A DNA stretch of 63,987 bases, counting the filler, from Choristocarpus tenellus KU-1152 (lineage: Eukaryota; Protista; Phaeophyceae), in assembly GCA_964200185.2 (NCBI GenBank). It is 11 parts of 11 records of this genome, joined end to end, with 100 filler letters (N's around TTAATTAATTAA, not from the genome) between each part and the next. Parts side by side here need not be neighbours in the genome. Positions count along the whole stretch, not along the records: positions 1 to 3,641 come from CAXNAD020018788.1; positions 3,742 to 7,286 come from CAXNAD020019348.1; positions 7,387 to 16,771 come from CAXNAD020003724.1; 8 more parts are not named here. One strand, 5' to 3'. The translations under genes and the position numbers were made by a program. Under the pieces are notes generated by a model. It was not told the origin of the DNA. It was given only the letters and a program-made list of their open reading frames with translations, and made no database searches. Positions within the stretch are counted from its first letter, which is position 1, and every line of letters begins with the position of its first letter. Positions 1 to 11,876 of the stretch are shown here, one piece after another.

Positions 1-88
1 TGTCCCACCAACTTACCCCAAAAACGTGAAAATCGAAAAAAGGGTGAAAAACGGACGCCGACCCACCCCCCCCCAGTTAATTTGACCC
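1..88 (-). mobile_element. MITE family C, partial copy
   Basis: Reverse complement matches 55806-55869 and 7387-7445 (GGGTCAAA...GGCGTCCGTTTTTCACCCTTTTTTCGATTTTCAC). Confidence 0.75.
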
Positions 89-3000
89 CTCACTCTTGCT
101 TTACGGTGCTTGTTTGCCACATATGAAACGATGGAAGAAAAGGCGGGGGGGAATGAGGGGAATAGCACAAAATACATGTATACTGCATATATACAAGTAT
201 TGCAAGTGCCCTCATTAGCCTGGAGTGGTTTGTACGGAATCAATAGTAGATCTACTGCACTGAATATTTCCTTTGGAGTACGTCCGAGGACCTCTTAAAG
301 GATACCAATGTACTGAGTACTACATACAGGGTTCTTTTGCTGACTTTGATGCCCAATTACAATGTACACACATTGTGCTTGAGAACAAATTCTGTGTCAT
401 CAGTTGGGTCTGCACCAGTAGGATGTGTAAGGTATCAACAAGAAAGTGAGACGAGATATGAGAGGAGAGATTCAACGCCCTCTTCCAACAGCACAGACTC
501 CGATTGTGTATCCCCGATGATACAGTCTTCCCTCTTTTGTTCATATCCAGCTTGAACATACCAGAAGAACCGTAACAGAATGCATGCCTGCACGCCTTGT
601 TCGCTTGTATATGCTTCATATGTACGATAAAGTAGTGATACGTTCATAAGATTGAACAAGTACATTGTAATCTAATGTATATACCTTCACATAATAACGA
701 GGGCATTGGCACTGTGCAATGATGGGTACAATGCGATATCAATCTCATTGGAGAAGTAGTAGTCTGTACACTGTACATAGACACTTGGTAACCAAAAAGA
801 GGTGGTAGAATGACAGACCATATCTCTGCTTTGTTCATGTACACAATGAAATTGGATCGAAACCAATGACCACAACAGACAAGCAGTCCAATATATGCCA
901 ACATTACTTGTACGCTTGAGTTAGCCCAACCCACTCACCACCATGTGACAGGGGACATGCCAGCTGTGTGCAGTATTATCGGGTAGATGAAGCAGGAACA
1001 TGAATAGAGGTGACCTCTGCTTGAGAGCAACAAATACACAAGTACAGTGATGGACTATATTAGCAATGTATTCAGTGGAGGATGGAAGGACAATAGGTGG
1101 GTGGGTTGGACTACCCGGAGGGAGGGGGGATGAAAAACTTGCATGTCCATAGGCTAGCCACTACAATTGGAAGTGGACAAGCATGAGGATCATTATTCTT
1201 TCCTCCAATCTCAAAACCTTAACAGTAGTTGGCGGCAAGGTCTTGTCTACTACTCAATGTATTTACAGTTCTATGTGTGGTATTATAGCAGTACACACAC
1301 ATATTATAGGGATTCTTCCATTTTGAAGCAACAAAATGTTGCAAGGTTTTCACCAAGAACCAGAACGACTCATGTACCCACCACTTCCACATCCAAGTTA
1401 GCGCGTTCCACCCGCCCTCCTCTAAACATGAGGCACATTCATTGATTAGGGTCACACAAACTGCTGTGTCATCCAGGAGGCCTGGTTCGAGGTTTGGATC
1501 CTGGGATCAAATACTCCGGGTTATGAAATTCAGGGTGTTGGCAACATTTCCACAATCATCTAGCACCTTACGGACAAAACACCAACCACACTACACTGTG
1601 ATTCCCTTTTAGCCATTCCATGGATCATCTCGATTTACCATGAAAACTAAGCACTTCTGAGCTTGTTTATCAAGGTCCTTGGACGTTTGTGCAACTCAGG
1701 GGCTCCTACAAGGGAATGTAATCCAAGAAAGTACGGTAATGGGGGGAAAGGATGAGAAGCCAAGATGCTGGAAGAGTGGTGGCCGAGATGTGCACCATTA
1801 ATCTATGTGCCAAGTTGGTGGATAGACTCTTGCTTTGTTCCTCTCCTCGGGATTTGGTGGCATGGTGGATATGCACTGATACAACTGTGTGAAATTAGGG
1901 TGGGACATGAAGCAGTTTGTGCTCGAGACTACAGCAAGTGCTTCGCTCAACATCTGATGGGGTTGAGATGCCCAATGCTGCCACCAAACATCCTTCAGTC
2001 CCAACACCATCAACTATTCGAGCCTTGCGTACTGTAGGAATATTTACCTCATTAATCCTCCTCTACCTTCGTCTTCCTTGACGGTGGTTTGAAGTCAGCA
2101 GGGTAGGTCGGCATGCCGGGGTACCTCACACTAGGTTGATCTCCCCTGATAACCTCGCCAGGAGTTGCACCTATTGGGTTGTGAGGCGGTGGGCAGGAGA
2201 TGAGGACGATGACAATAGTGGTTGCCACGTCCTTTACATTGGTCTCATAATGGCCTCTCTACCTTTGAGATAGTTATACTTTGACCTTTATGGGTTGCAA
2301 ATTGTTTTTGAGATCAAAGTCAGTCAATGATTTTGTGGAATGGTACAAAATGATCAGGAATGATCCCACCACAAGCTGCAATCAGAGATAGGAAGGGGTG
2401 TAGGAGGCCTAGTGATGAAATAAGGCACCTGCAATGATTCTTGTTGTCAGTTCGATCATTTATACTACATATTTTGAGGAATTGTCATCAAGTTTGCTTC
2501 AAAGTGGAACTTTCTCTCCCCCTTAACAAGATCTGCACAGTCTCAATTGACATTCAAAAACTTGTGTGAGTGGCTCTTGGGTAATAGCTGTCATCTAGAA
2601 AATGATCCGACAAATTGAGTTTTCTCTATTTCAAGTTCTTGGTGAGAAAAGGGTTGCTAACACAGTGAGTTCTTCTTTGGAGATTTTTGTAAGCATCTTC
2701 TAAACCCCAAATTGGGAGGAGAGGGATTGACAAGCTGGACTATACTTCAAAGTACGATTTATCAAGCTCCTCAATGGCAAGGAATGGGCCAAAACTGCAG
2801 GCATTGAATCTGAGTCTGGCATTGGAGGGCATCCAATGATGTTGATCCAGGAGGTGGAACATGGTACCAGGTGATCGGGCTGGTCAGGGGCGGGAGAACG
2901 AAAAGTGCAACAATCCGCAACCAAAGAAAGGTTCATCTTAGCGGCAGACAGCTAGCTGCAGAGACACGAAATATCACCCATATATCGTGTTATCACTAGA

Positions 3001-3589
3001 GTAGTATGAACTGTAAATGTCAATTGATCCTCATGTGTAACAGGTGGATCAAAATGGAATGATTTCTGTAATGTGATGGTGCTGAACCGTCCTAGCATAC
3101 CTCTTTGGGAACGTCTCTATGCAATCTGTGTAAGTGCATAGAGAAATATGGAAGCTTGGGGAAGAGGGGGTCAGCTGCTCGGTTAGGGTACGCGCACCTT
3201 TCATACTTGATCTAAGAACAGCTAAAAATGGTATCGCAAAATTCGCTTTTTTACTTTTACGATATTGTTGATCAAGACACTATCTCAGCATCAAAGCCTT
3301 ACCCTATATTTTGGGACACCTCAGTTCCTATCTAGAAATGTTCAACCACCAGGCTATTTGAGTAGCATGAGTTGGAGATATTTCCCATTCTTGAGCAGGG
3401 TCATGACGGAAGATACTGGAGTAATGATATTTCCTACTTCCCAAGCGTGACTTTAGCCTACGTATCAACCAAGCATATCGATATCCCATCTTCATCTACT
3501 CAAACCTCGATACTTTGTAGTTGGGTGCCTGGTATTGCTTCGAACAATGCAGTAGTATGTGGTTAAAGAGGGCAAGTGTCAACATTTTT

Positions 3590-3641
3590 GACCCAAAGTA
3601 TCTGGGAGGGGGGGGGGGTCTACACAAGGGTGTCCATTTGG
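3590..3641 (-). mobile_element. MITE family A end, truncated by contig break
   Basis: GACCCAAAGTATCTGGG(G)nTCTACAC...GTGTCCATTTGG matches the end of the copies at 13908 and 23068. Confidence 0.8.
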
Positions 3642-3741
3642 NNNNNNNNNNNNNNNNNNNNNNNNNNNNNNNNNNNNNNNNNNNNTTAATTAATTAANNN
3701 NNNNNNNNNNNNNNNNNNNNNNNNNNNNNNNNNNNNNNNNN
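3642..3741. other. Artificial contig-joining linker N44-TTAATTAATTAA-N44; also at 7287-7386, 16772-16871, 22968-23067, 34376-34475, 41238-41337, 45127-45226, 51573-51672, 55870-55969, 61063-61162
   Basis: Ten identical 100-nt blocks; the 12-mer places stop codons in all six frames. Confidence 0.98.
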
Positions 3742-4053
3742 CCCCCCCCCCCCCCCCCCCCCAGATACTTTGGGTCTTTTGCGATGGCCAACTCTCCATG
3801 GACCATTGACACAGTGGAATGCATGATGCGTGAAATTGTTTGAACCCTCAAGGCGATGCTGAATGAAGCCCGCCAGCCCGCTGAGGAATGAGTGCATTTG
3901 GTGCCTGCAGTTCAATGGGCACTGAACACTGCTCACCGCGAGCGATTTGAGTCTACACCTTGCCGAGTAATTGTATGGGAGAGCTCCCCGTACAGCATTG
4001 TCCACAGTGGCGAGTTGGGGTGGTTCATAGTCAGAAGTGACCATACGCCCAGA

Positions 4054-4497
4054 GGCTCAAAGTATCTGAGGGGGGGGGTGGCGGCTGTCCATTTGGGGTC
4101 AATATTTTTATGTCCCAATTTTTTTGTGATTTGGAGTGAAAGTATCTTAAAGAGTACGAGTTTTGCCCTGTTTGTCCATTTGGGGCTTGGCTTCCCATGG
4201 GGTTTTTGTGATATTTTTCCTACTCCGAATGTTTCGGAGTAGGTTATATGTATATGTTATGAAATGGTGTGTCCGGAACAAGGATACTTACACTTCCTAA
4301 CAAATACGACGGATAAAATTACATGGAAATCGCAACATTGGATTTCGGCCCCCGAATGGACGCGGCCCTACCCTCTAAGATACTTTGACTCTTTGGTTAC
4401 AGACGTCGGATGGATAATATAAGTGCACGTTTCCTGGTTTTGGCCCAAATGGACACCCTGGTGTAGACCACCCCCCTCCCCCCAGATACTTTGGGTC
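4054..4497 (+). mobile_element. MITE family A copy carrying a nested family B copy
   Basis: TIRs GGCTCAAAGTATCTG / CAGATACTTTGGGTC. Removing 4134-4395 restores a sequence collinear with the empty copy at 12984-13161. Confidence 0.85.
4134..4391 (+). mobile_element. MITE family B (~258 bp, GAG...CTC termini, 4-bp TSD TTTG)
   Basis: TIRs GAGTGAAAGTATCTTA / TAAGATACTTTGACTC; TTTG at 4130-4133 and 4392-4395. Confidence 0.9.
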
Positions 4498-5847
4498 AGA
4501 ATGCATGAGATAAATGGTACAGGAGCTTTCTAAGACACAGGAGGATTGCACAGAAACGTCTTGAAGCGAGTACAACAAAGCTGTGTTCTACAACGCCAGG
4601 CGGTCAGCAAGGGGCAGATGCCAAGCTTTGCTGTTGGGGACTTTGTGATGGTGACTTGAGTTCGCAAGAGGGGGAGTACACTGAAACTGGTGAGCACTTG
4701 GGCTGTTGGTTCCATGCGAATGGTCACGGTGGAGACTCCTCATGTCTACCAAGTTCGAAACATCATCTCCTGATATTTGAATGAGGTGCATGTATCAAGA
4801 CTACGATTTTACTCTGACAAGGAGCTGGAAGTGAGGAAGGAGCTCAAGGAGACATTCCAGTACATGCACAGCCAGGGATATTTCGAGATATCTGCCATAG
4901 TGGATTTGTACAAGAAATAGAATGAGAACGAAGTGCTTGTTCATTGGTTTGCTTTTAGTGATGATAAGAGAACATGGTAACTTATTCGCACAATCATGAA
5001 TGGGGCACCTGGGTTCTCAAGGAGTTGAAGAAGATGCGACTGCACTCTAAAATGCGACGCGCAATCAAGCAACTTATGGTATTTATTATTATGGTATTGA
5101 TGTTTGAATGTTGTCATTTCTAACTTGAATGAGATATCGTTAGTCCTGAGTGTTATGATCAGGTAAATATTGATGGATAATGCAGGTATAAATTTGCGGT
5201 TGGTATATTGAAGTTGGAGAATTAATGTATGTGTACGGCTGTATATGATTGTATATGAGTGATACGGTCTGGTTCGCATTATTTGCTATACGTAGTATTT
5301 GTACCTTTGCGTATTGACACTGTGTATGATGGTCTTGTTAAAAACATAGGCTACTCGTTTGTTTTTTCCTTGATACCATACAGTTCCACCAATCAATACT
5401 GACTGTTGATTGGTCCGTTACACACTGGTCGTTACTGTCACTAATTCATCATCACCACATCAATTACCGTCAGAACAGCACAGTACAGTACAGAGCAGTC
5501 GCTCTGTGATCTACACACAGGAGTAGTATGCATCACTTGAGTTGCATCACCTATTGACTCAAGCTTGTTCTGTTGTTATGTTGTTTTCCTTTTTTTGTTT
5601 TCTCTCTCTTCTTCTTAGTAGCAGAAGATAACTGTTGTAAGTTAATTGTTGATTATTATTTCTTTCTTGGTTGTCATTGACCCCTCATAATGCACCAAGC
5701 TCACTCTGCAATAAGCATACCTGATGCAAACCTGGATGTAATATATTCAGAGTTAAAACCATCCACGGAAACCCTTGCCAGCCAAGGTAACAAGCCTGTC
5801 CACAGAGCATGGACTTCTTTCGTTGAGTATCTCATGAAAGAACACTA

Positions 5848-6566
5848 AATTCACATCACATCATTCTTGACCGAGCGATCAATGACCTGAGTTACAACAG
5901 AATATATGCATCGGTGCTTTTGCAGCACAATCACATCTATTCACAACATAGACTATGCATTTTACTCACTGGTGCTTTGCAATACTATGATTCCTCGTCG
6001 CTCGTAGTCTATGCATTTTACTTACATGTATGATGCATTCGATTTTGGTTTCAACAGGTCTAACAGTAAATGAACAACCAAGAAGAGTGAACGTATCTTA
6101 GAGGGTACGAAGTTTGCTCTGTTTGTCCATTTGGGGCTTGACTTCCCCGGGGTTTTTGTGGCATTTTCCTACCCCGAAATGTTTCAGAGTAGGTAAAATG
6201 TGTACGTTATGAAAAGGTGTGCTCAGGACAAGGATATTGACATCTCCTAACAAACACGATGGCCAAAATTACATCAAAATCGCAACATTGGATTTTGTCC
6301 CCCAAACAGACACGTCTCTAACCTCTAAGATACTTTGACTCAGAAAACTGAATTCACATCACATCATTCTTGACTGAGCGATCAATTGCCTCAGTTCCAA
6401 CAGAATATATACATCAGTGCTTTGCACCACAGTTACATCTATTCACAACACAGACAATGCATTTTACTCATCGGTGCTTTGCAACACCATGATTCCTCAT
6501 TGCTCGTAGTCTGTGCATTTTGCTTACATATGCGATGCATTCGATTCAGGTTTCAACAGGTTTAAC
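5848..6566 (+). repeat. Diverged ~215-bp direct repeats (5848-6064 and 6351-6566), possibly LTR-derived
   Basis: Both run AATTCACATCACATCATTCTTGA...GGTTTCAACAGGT(C/T)TAAC. Confidence 0.8.
6085..6341 (+). mobile_element. MITE family B, full copy, TSD AGAA
   Basis: Collinear with 4134-4391; AGAA at 6081-6084 and 6342-6345. Confidence 0.9.
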
Positions 6567-7286
6567 TTTGAAACCGTCAAAGATACAGTTTGAGCCCAAA
6601 GAAGTATGTTACCTGGGTCACACTTTATCGTCAGAAGGGGTTCTTATCCGTGAAGATCATGTTCGTGCAATCACTGAATTACCCAAACCCACCACCATCA
6701 AAGAACTTCGATCTGTCCTTGGTATGATTGATTTTGTGCATAAATTCATACCCAACTTAGCCACAGTAATCGAACCATTAGTTCATCTCACAAAAAAAGG
6801 TGTCAGCAAGAGAGTGAACAAAGAATGTGGATTGGACCAGGATGTGGCATTTTTTAAAGTAAAACAATTACTCACTGGAGCCCCGGTTCTCGTGTTCCCT
6901 GACTTTACCAAAGAATCCATCGTCCATGTTGATGCCAGTGAGAGTGGTGCTGGAGGGTTTTTAGCACAACCTCGATCCGATAATCCTGCAGACCTAGGTA
7001 TCATTGCATACTTCAGCAAGAAATTAATGAAGCTCAACGTCATTATCCAGCTACATTAAGAGAGTGTTATGCAGTCGTTACAGCCATCACTCATTGGCGA
7101 CCATATCTTTGGGGTAGACACTTTACCTGCATCACAGATCATGCCGCATTGTGTTACTTGTATAGATACCAGTAACATGCTTACTCGTTGGGCTATTGCT
7201 CTTCAAGCTTAAGATTTCACAGTCTAACACAAGCCCGGTAAGCTCAATGTTATACCTGATACTCTATATCGTATTTTCAAGCTTGA
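6559..7286 (+). mobile_element. Ty3/Gypsy pol fragment (RT C-terminus, connection, RNase H), frameshifted
   Basis: GLTLKPSK...YLGH...ELRSVLG...APVLVFPDF...VHVDASESGAGGFLAQ...IAYFSKK, then in shifted frames ECYAVV...HWRPYLWGRHFTCITDHAAL...RWAIALQ...HKPGKLNVIPD. Confidence 0.92.
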
Positions 7287-7386
7287 NNNNNNNNNNNNNN
7301 NNNNNNNNNNNNNNNNNNNNNNNNNNNNNNTTAATTAATTAANNNNNNNNNNNNNNNNNNNNNNNNNNNNNNNNNNNNNNNNNNNN

Positions 7387-7550
7387 GGGGGGGGGGTTCG
7401 GCGTCCGTTTTTCACCCTTTTTCGATTTTCACTTTTTTGGTGTGATTCAGTCGCACTTGTTGGATTTGAAATGTCAGCAAAAAAAAGAGTTGTTTGACAG
7501 AAACAGACGCTCCCTCACAAACCACCCCCCCCCCCCAGATGCTTTGACCC
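7387..7550 (+). mobile_element. MITE family C, 5'-truncated at contig start
   Basis: Matches 55806-55869 and ends CCCCAGATGCTTTGACCC. Confidence 0.75.
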
Positions 7551-7940
7551 TGTGTGCATACGATGTTCTGTTTTTTTTTTATTTTGTTTTTTGGCGGGTA
7601 GATTTTAACAGTGTTGAAGTGTTGACTTTTTGTTGTTTTTTGTATTACTTTTTTTTTAAACCGTAATTTACTTATTGGAGTATTTTTTTTCTTTTGTTTT
7701 AAGAAAAAGAATCAAAAGTTCGATAATTTTTTTTTTTGTCAGTTTTGTTTTTTTGTGTATTTGAGGTAGTAGTAGTGTTATCCCTTTCTAGGGGGGGAGA
7801 GAGAGAGAGAGAGAGAGATTGATGGAATGTTGAAAGAGATTTCAATCGAAGTATTTGAGAGGTAGTGTACAGCACAGGTTTGAGCCCTTTTGCAAATCTA
7901 AGCCGTCTATAATTCTTAGCCTGTGCTGTACACTGTATCA

Positions 7941-8007
7941 ATCAATTTTGAACACACCATTGTACCATTTCTTTTTTTGTATGTACAATGGTGTGTTCAA
8001 AATTGAT
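7941..8007. other. Perfect 25-bp inverted repeat with 17-nt loop
   Basis: ATCAATTTTGAACACACCATTGTAC (7941-7965) is the exact reverse complement of 7983-8007. Confidence 0.9.
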
Positions 8008-8620
8008 ACGTACTCAAACTGATACATATACATGCTCAAAAATTGATACATTCTCCCCCCTTTCCAGACACAGAGTGACACTTTGTTACGTCAAGTGCTT
8101 ATAAATTGACAGACTAGGATTATTATTATTATTATTATGATATAGATGTATGGTTAGGGTTCCCTATCCCTTTTTGATCCTTGGGTTATAGGATGAAGGT
8201 AGAGATGATCACTTGGGAAGTATGCAAGTATGGCATCAATGGAGTTGATAGGGGGGGAAAGGGATGTTTCTTGTTAGCCGCTGTGAAGTATTTGGATAAC
8301 AGTACGAAGTGTTCAATATATATATATATATATACACGTACTGTCAGTGGTATATAGGTAGGTAATATTCGGAGGTATACCTTTCATTGTCGTATTGATC
8401 TGCCAATCTCCCCTGTTTCAGGTTGTTGGGGGGAATATCTGATTTCTCGTGAATGTCATTTTTTTTGTGGTATGTTGACTTTTGCCTGTTCATGTCACGT
8501 CCCAAAACACTGGCGGGGTTTGTTTTTTACCTGATTGGTTGAACTTGTCATTGAACTTGTCATCCTTTCTAATGTGGAGTCTCTACTGCTCGGTGAGGAT
8601 TTGGTTCCAAGGGTTTTGGT

Positions 8621-8718
8621 GTGTCATAGCATTGATGTGTTGTAGCATTGATGTGTCATAGCATTGATGTGTTATAGCATTGATGTGTGTAGCATTGATG
8701 TATTGTAGCATTGATGTG
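8621..8718. repeat. 16-bp tandem minisatellite (~6 units)
   Basis: Consensus GTGT(C/T)(A/G)TAGCATTGAT repeated head to tail. Confidence 0.9.
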
Positions 8719-9052
8719 CTACTGTAGGTCGTAAGGGCACGAGGTTCCTGGTGTAGGCTGATTGATCCTTAGCGTGTACTCATTTCATTTTTTCTTTTAA
8801 TTAAACCTTTTATTTATGAATTTATTTATTTATTTCAAGGCTGAGAATCACTCCGATGATATTAGGGATAGTAGTAATGAGCAAGGGGATTATGCCTTGA
8901 TCGACATGACACCTCGTTATTGCCCCTCCCTTTCCCCTTCCCCCTTCCCCCTTTCCCCTTCCCCCTTCCCCCTTTCCCCTTCCCCTCCTCCCCGGGCCCC
9001 GCCAATGATATGTCGATCGACTTCATACCTCTGGCTCACTGTCTGCTTGAAG

Positions 9053-9936
9053 GTCAATGCCCACTATGGCAAGTTCTTGACAAGTGATGTGAACTCCTGG
9101 GATTATATTCTAACTCATCAGCTCCGGTCTCTTCTTGGTTGCCTTGAAGCACTGGCAGGTGAGTTAGAGATGGCGCTGTTCAATACTGTTTTTCGGAAAG
9201 TAAGTTTGTAGAGGGGGGGGGGGAGGGGAGGTTTGCTGATAGAGGGGAGTTGCACGAATATCGGGACGTTTTGAATGGTAAAATAGTGCAACTACGACCG
9301 CTGTAGTCAATCTGTTTTTTTTTTATTCTTATGTCCCTGCTGATAGGTGGAATATCTTGAAGAATTTCCCACACCAACGAATTGGGATGAATAGTAGTAG
9401 TTGTTGTTGTAGTAGCAGGAATCAGGAAAGAGGGAGTTGTTATCGTGGGGGTGAATGCGGGCGATTGATTGGCTGAAAGGTGAGGATCGGTCGATCCTAT
9501 TGGTTTGCATAATTTCCTTTTTTTGCTGCGTACAACTACCTTTTTTTTTTCATGCTCTTGTGTGTATGGTGGCATGAATCTTCATTTCTTGACCCCTGCT
9601 TGATTCCCTTGCTCACTTTTTTTTTCGCCCTCATAACAAGTAAATATAACCCAACTCAAATGCCCTGGACTATATATATAGCTCCCGGTGTTGCTCACCA
9701 CCATCACCAACTGTTGGGATTTCTGTTGTGACTATACTTGATTATTGTTTCCCTACAGTCTGAACTGTGCTCAATACCTCTTGATGTGTTGAACTGGCAT
9801 TATTTCATATTTTTTCTTCTCTTGTTTGGAATGCACAGGGGAAACACCTGGGTCCGGAGGTCGTGTGCTGAGGGGCCGCCTGCGAAGGAAACCCTTAGTC
9901 TTTGACAGTCTTGAGAAGGCGTTTGTGCACCGATGA
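9053..9936 (+). CDS. 3' exons of a hypothetical protein gene (9053-9158, 9839-9936; possible small exon near 8728-8750)
   Basis: AG/GT-bounded, phase-compatible exons give VNAHYGKFLTSDVNSWDYILTHQLRSLLGCLEALA-GETPGSGGRVLRGRLRRKPLVFDSLEKAFVHR*. Family not recognised. Confidence 0.55.
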
Positions 9937-10434
9937 TGATTGAGGTGGATAGAGTGCAATAGAGTGAACAAGATGAGAAGATACAGAGACATTCATGATG
10001 ACTGAAAAGAACTGGGGGGGGGGGATGGGGGTCAGACCCTGTTAAGGTTGTCATGTGGTAAGGGAGGCTGTCCGGTAGCTTAGTGACATGAATGAATTGA
10101 TGTAGTCAAACTGTAATGAAGGTATCGTTGTGATTGTTGCCCTGAGGTCCAGTGCCAAAGCAGAGGAATTGTTGATCAAACCTTGCAATTTTAATGCAAG
10201 AAGTGTAGTGATTGGCAGCACACAAGGAGTAGAGATGCTGAATATGAGTTTGAGCAGGAATTTGAAATGGCCTCTTCTTTGCACAGGTGGGTCAAGGTTT
10301 TGGTTGCAAGAGGTATGGGTGGTGGAGTATTACATAAAGTGGAACCTTGAGAGGGGGGGGGGGGGGGTGGGGGGCCGTGGGGGCCCGGCTTGGGGGGGAT
10401 TTTAAGGGGGAAGGAGGATAAAAATANNNNNNNN

Positions 10435-10465
<31 letters not shown>

Positions 10466-11693
10466 GTGGCACTTGTGTGACCTGCTTGGGATGAATTTTA
10501 AAGGTGAAAGCAGATTAAACTAAGTTGAAGAGATTTGCCTATGTATTGCATAGGTAATTGGGTGGGTTGTACTTCCTCGAGGTGTTGTGAAACATCTTTT
10601 TATTGTGCTCAAAATAGTTGCCCGGACAGAAGATGGAATGCTTGCCATGAAATATTCATCTACTTCATACGGTGTAGGCACACTCTTTGAATGCCCCAGG
10701 TTCGACCCTGAAGGGGTCATGAAAACCTGGCCATGGAGTATGTGAGTACAACATGCACAACATCTATGTGATCGCTTCATCTTGACCTGTTGACCTGTAA
10801 GACTGTTGTAGGCCCCTTCAATTGTTCTCACCAATGCTCTTCAGTGTCCCAACACACACACACACACTCATATATATATATATATATATGTACCCTGTCG
10901 TGTGAGAAGTCGATGGCATTATAGACAATGGGACACTAAACTGCATCTATGCACCAGGTGCATGGTCATATTCCATGGCACGTGATTGGTTTATTGCCTC
11001 CGGTTTCAAAAGATTGTTTTTTATGGGGGGTCGCGATGGGCTAAGCAGCTATGATACTGAGTTTATCACATCTTCTCGTGACTTAGATCCCCTGCTTCGA
11101 TCCTGGTCCCCCTGGCGTTAATGGATTTTTTTTTGTTGGTGTAAGTATTCGGACAATGGTAAATCCTCTCCCCTTCTTTTTCCAGTAGTAGGTACTCCAT
11201 GTACACCTTTCAGAGAGGGGTATGTCTGCCACAAGAGGAGGGGTGGAGTGCAGTTGGCGATTCCAAGGTGAAGTCCATCCACATCAAACAAACTATACCC
11301 CGATACAGCCTCAAGATTCAGTAGGCTGGGCAAAGCATATGTATCAACAAATCTAGAACGTGATGGTTTGGGGTAGTGCCGTCTCCTTCCGCCAAGGTAA
11401 GGGCTGGCACAAACAGGAGAGATGAGAGAGAGAGAGAGTCAGTCTCATGCGAAGTCTACCTCAAGCAGGTATATTTCAGGCAACAATATATGATGGCAGC
11501 ACAGACTCCGTGGCCTGCACTGTGATGGTCAGGTCACATGAGCAGCTTCTTACACGGGTTTGATATCAGGAGTATGTCCCACTAGACTACATCCAGGCCC
11601 CTTCTCGTTTTAGACTGTCTCACAATTGTGTGTAAGATTTCACCCTCGTAGTAGCACTACTACTGTGTGTGAGAGCCAAGGCAAATCAGAGAG

Positions 11694-11876
11694 GTACCCC
11701 GAGTTGCATTTTATGGATGCTGGCAAATATGTACAAAAATTGACTCCTTTTTTTTACCAATGCGAATAGGAAATATTCTGAATTCTGTCTATAACTTTCA
11801 AACAATAGAGAAACCCACACTCTCGAGTCGAACTTAGCACTCCATTCATAGGAACATGGATGAATTGCAAAAGATT
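11694..11876 (+). repeat. Dispersed repeat, homologous to 58444-58620
   Basis: Shared GTAC..GAGTTGCATTTTA.GGATGC...AAATATGTACAAA...TTTCAAACAA.AGAGAAA...TGAATTGCAAAAGA on two different contigs. Confidence 0.75.

Larger units (their letters stand above)
3780..5070 (+). mobile_element. Degenerate Ty3/Gypsy integrase C-terminal region with chromodomain-like tail, interrupted by nested MITEs
   Basis: Translations with stops and frameshifts: TLKAMLNE...VHLVPAVQWALNTAHRERFESTP (end of integrase core), FAVGDFVMV...HVYQVRNII...EVHVSRLRFY (GPY/F-SH3-like region) and YFEISAIVD...EVLVHWFAFSDDKRTW (chromodomain-like). Confidence 0.75.

Noticed and set aside
1100-3000. Possible decayed retroelement gag-like region on the minus strand
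   Set aside because: It has coding-like texture but many stops and no diagnostic motif I can identify.
3642-3741. Recurrent TTAATTAATTAA palindrome as a biological motif
   Set aside because: It is always centred in exactly 44+44 Ns, so it is an assembly linker with six-frame stops.
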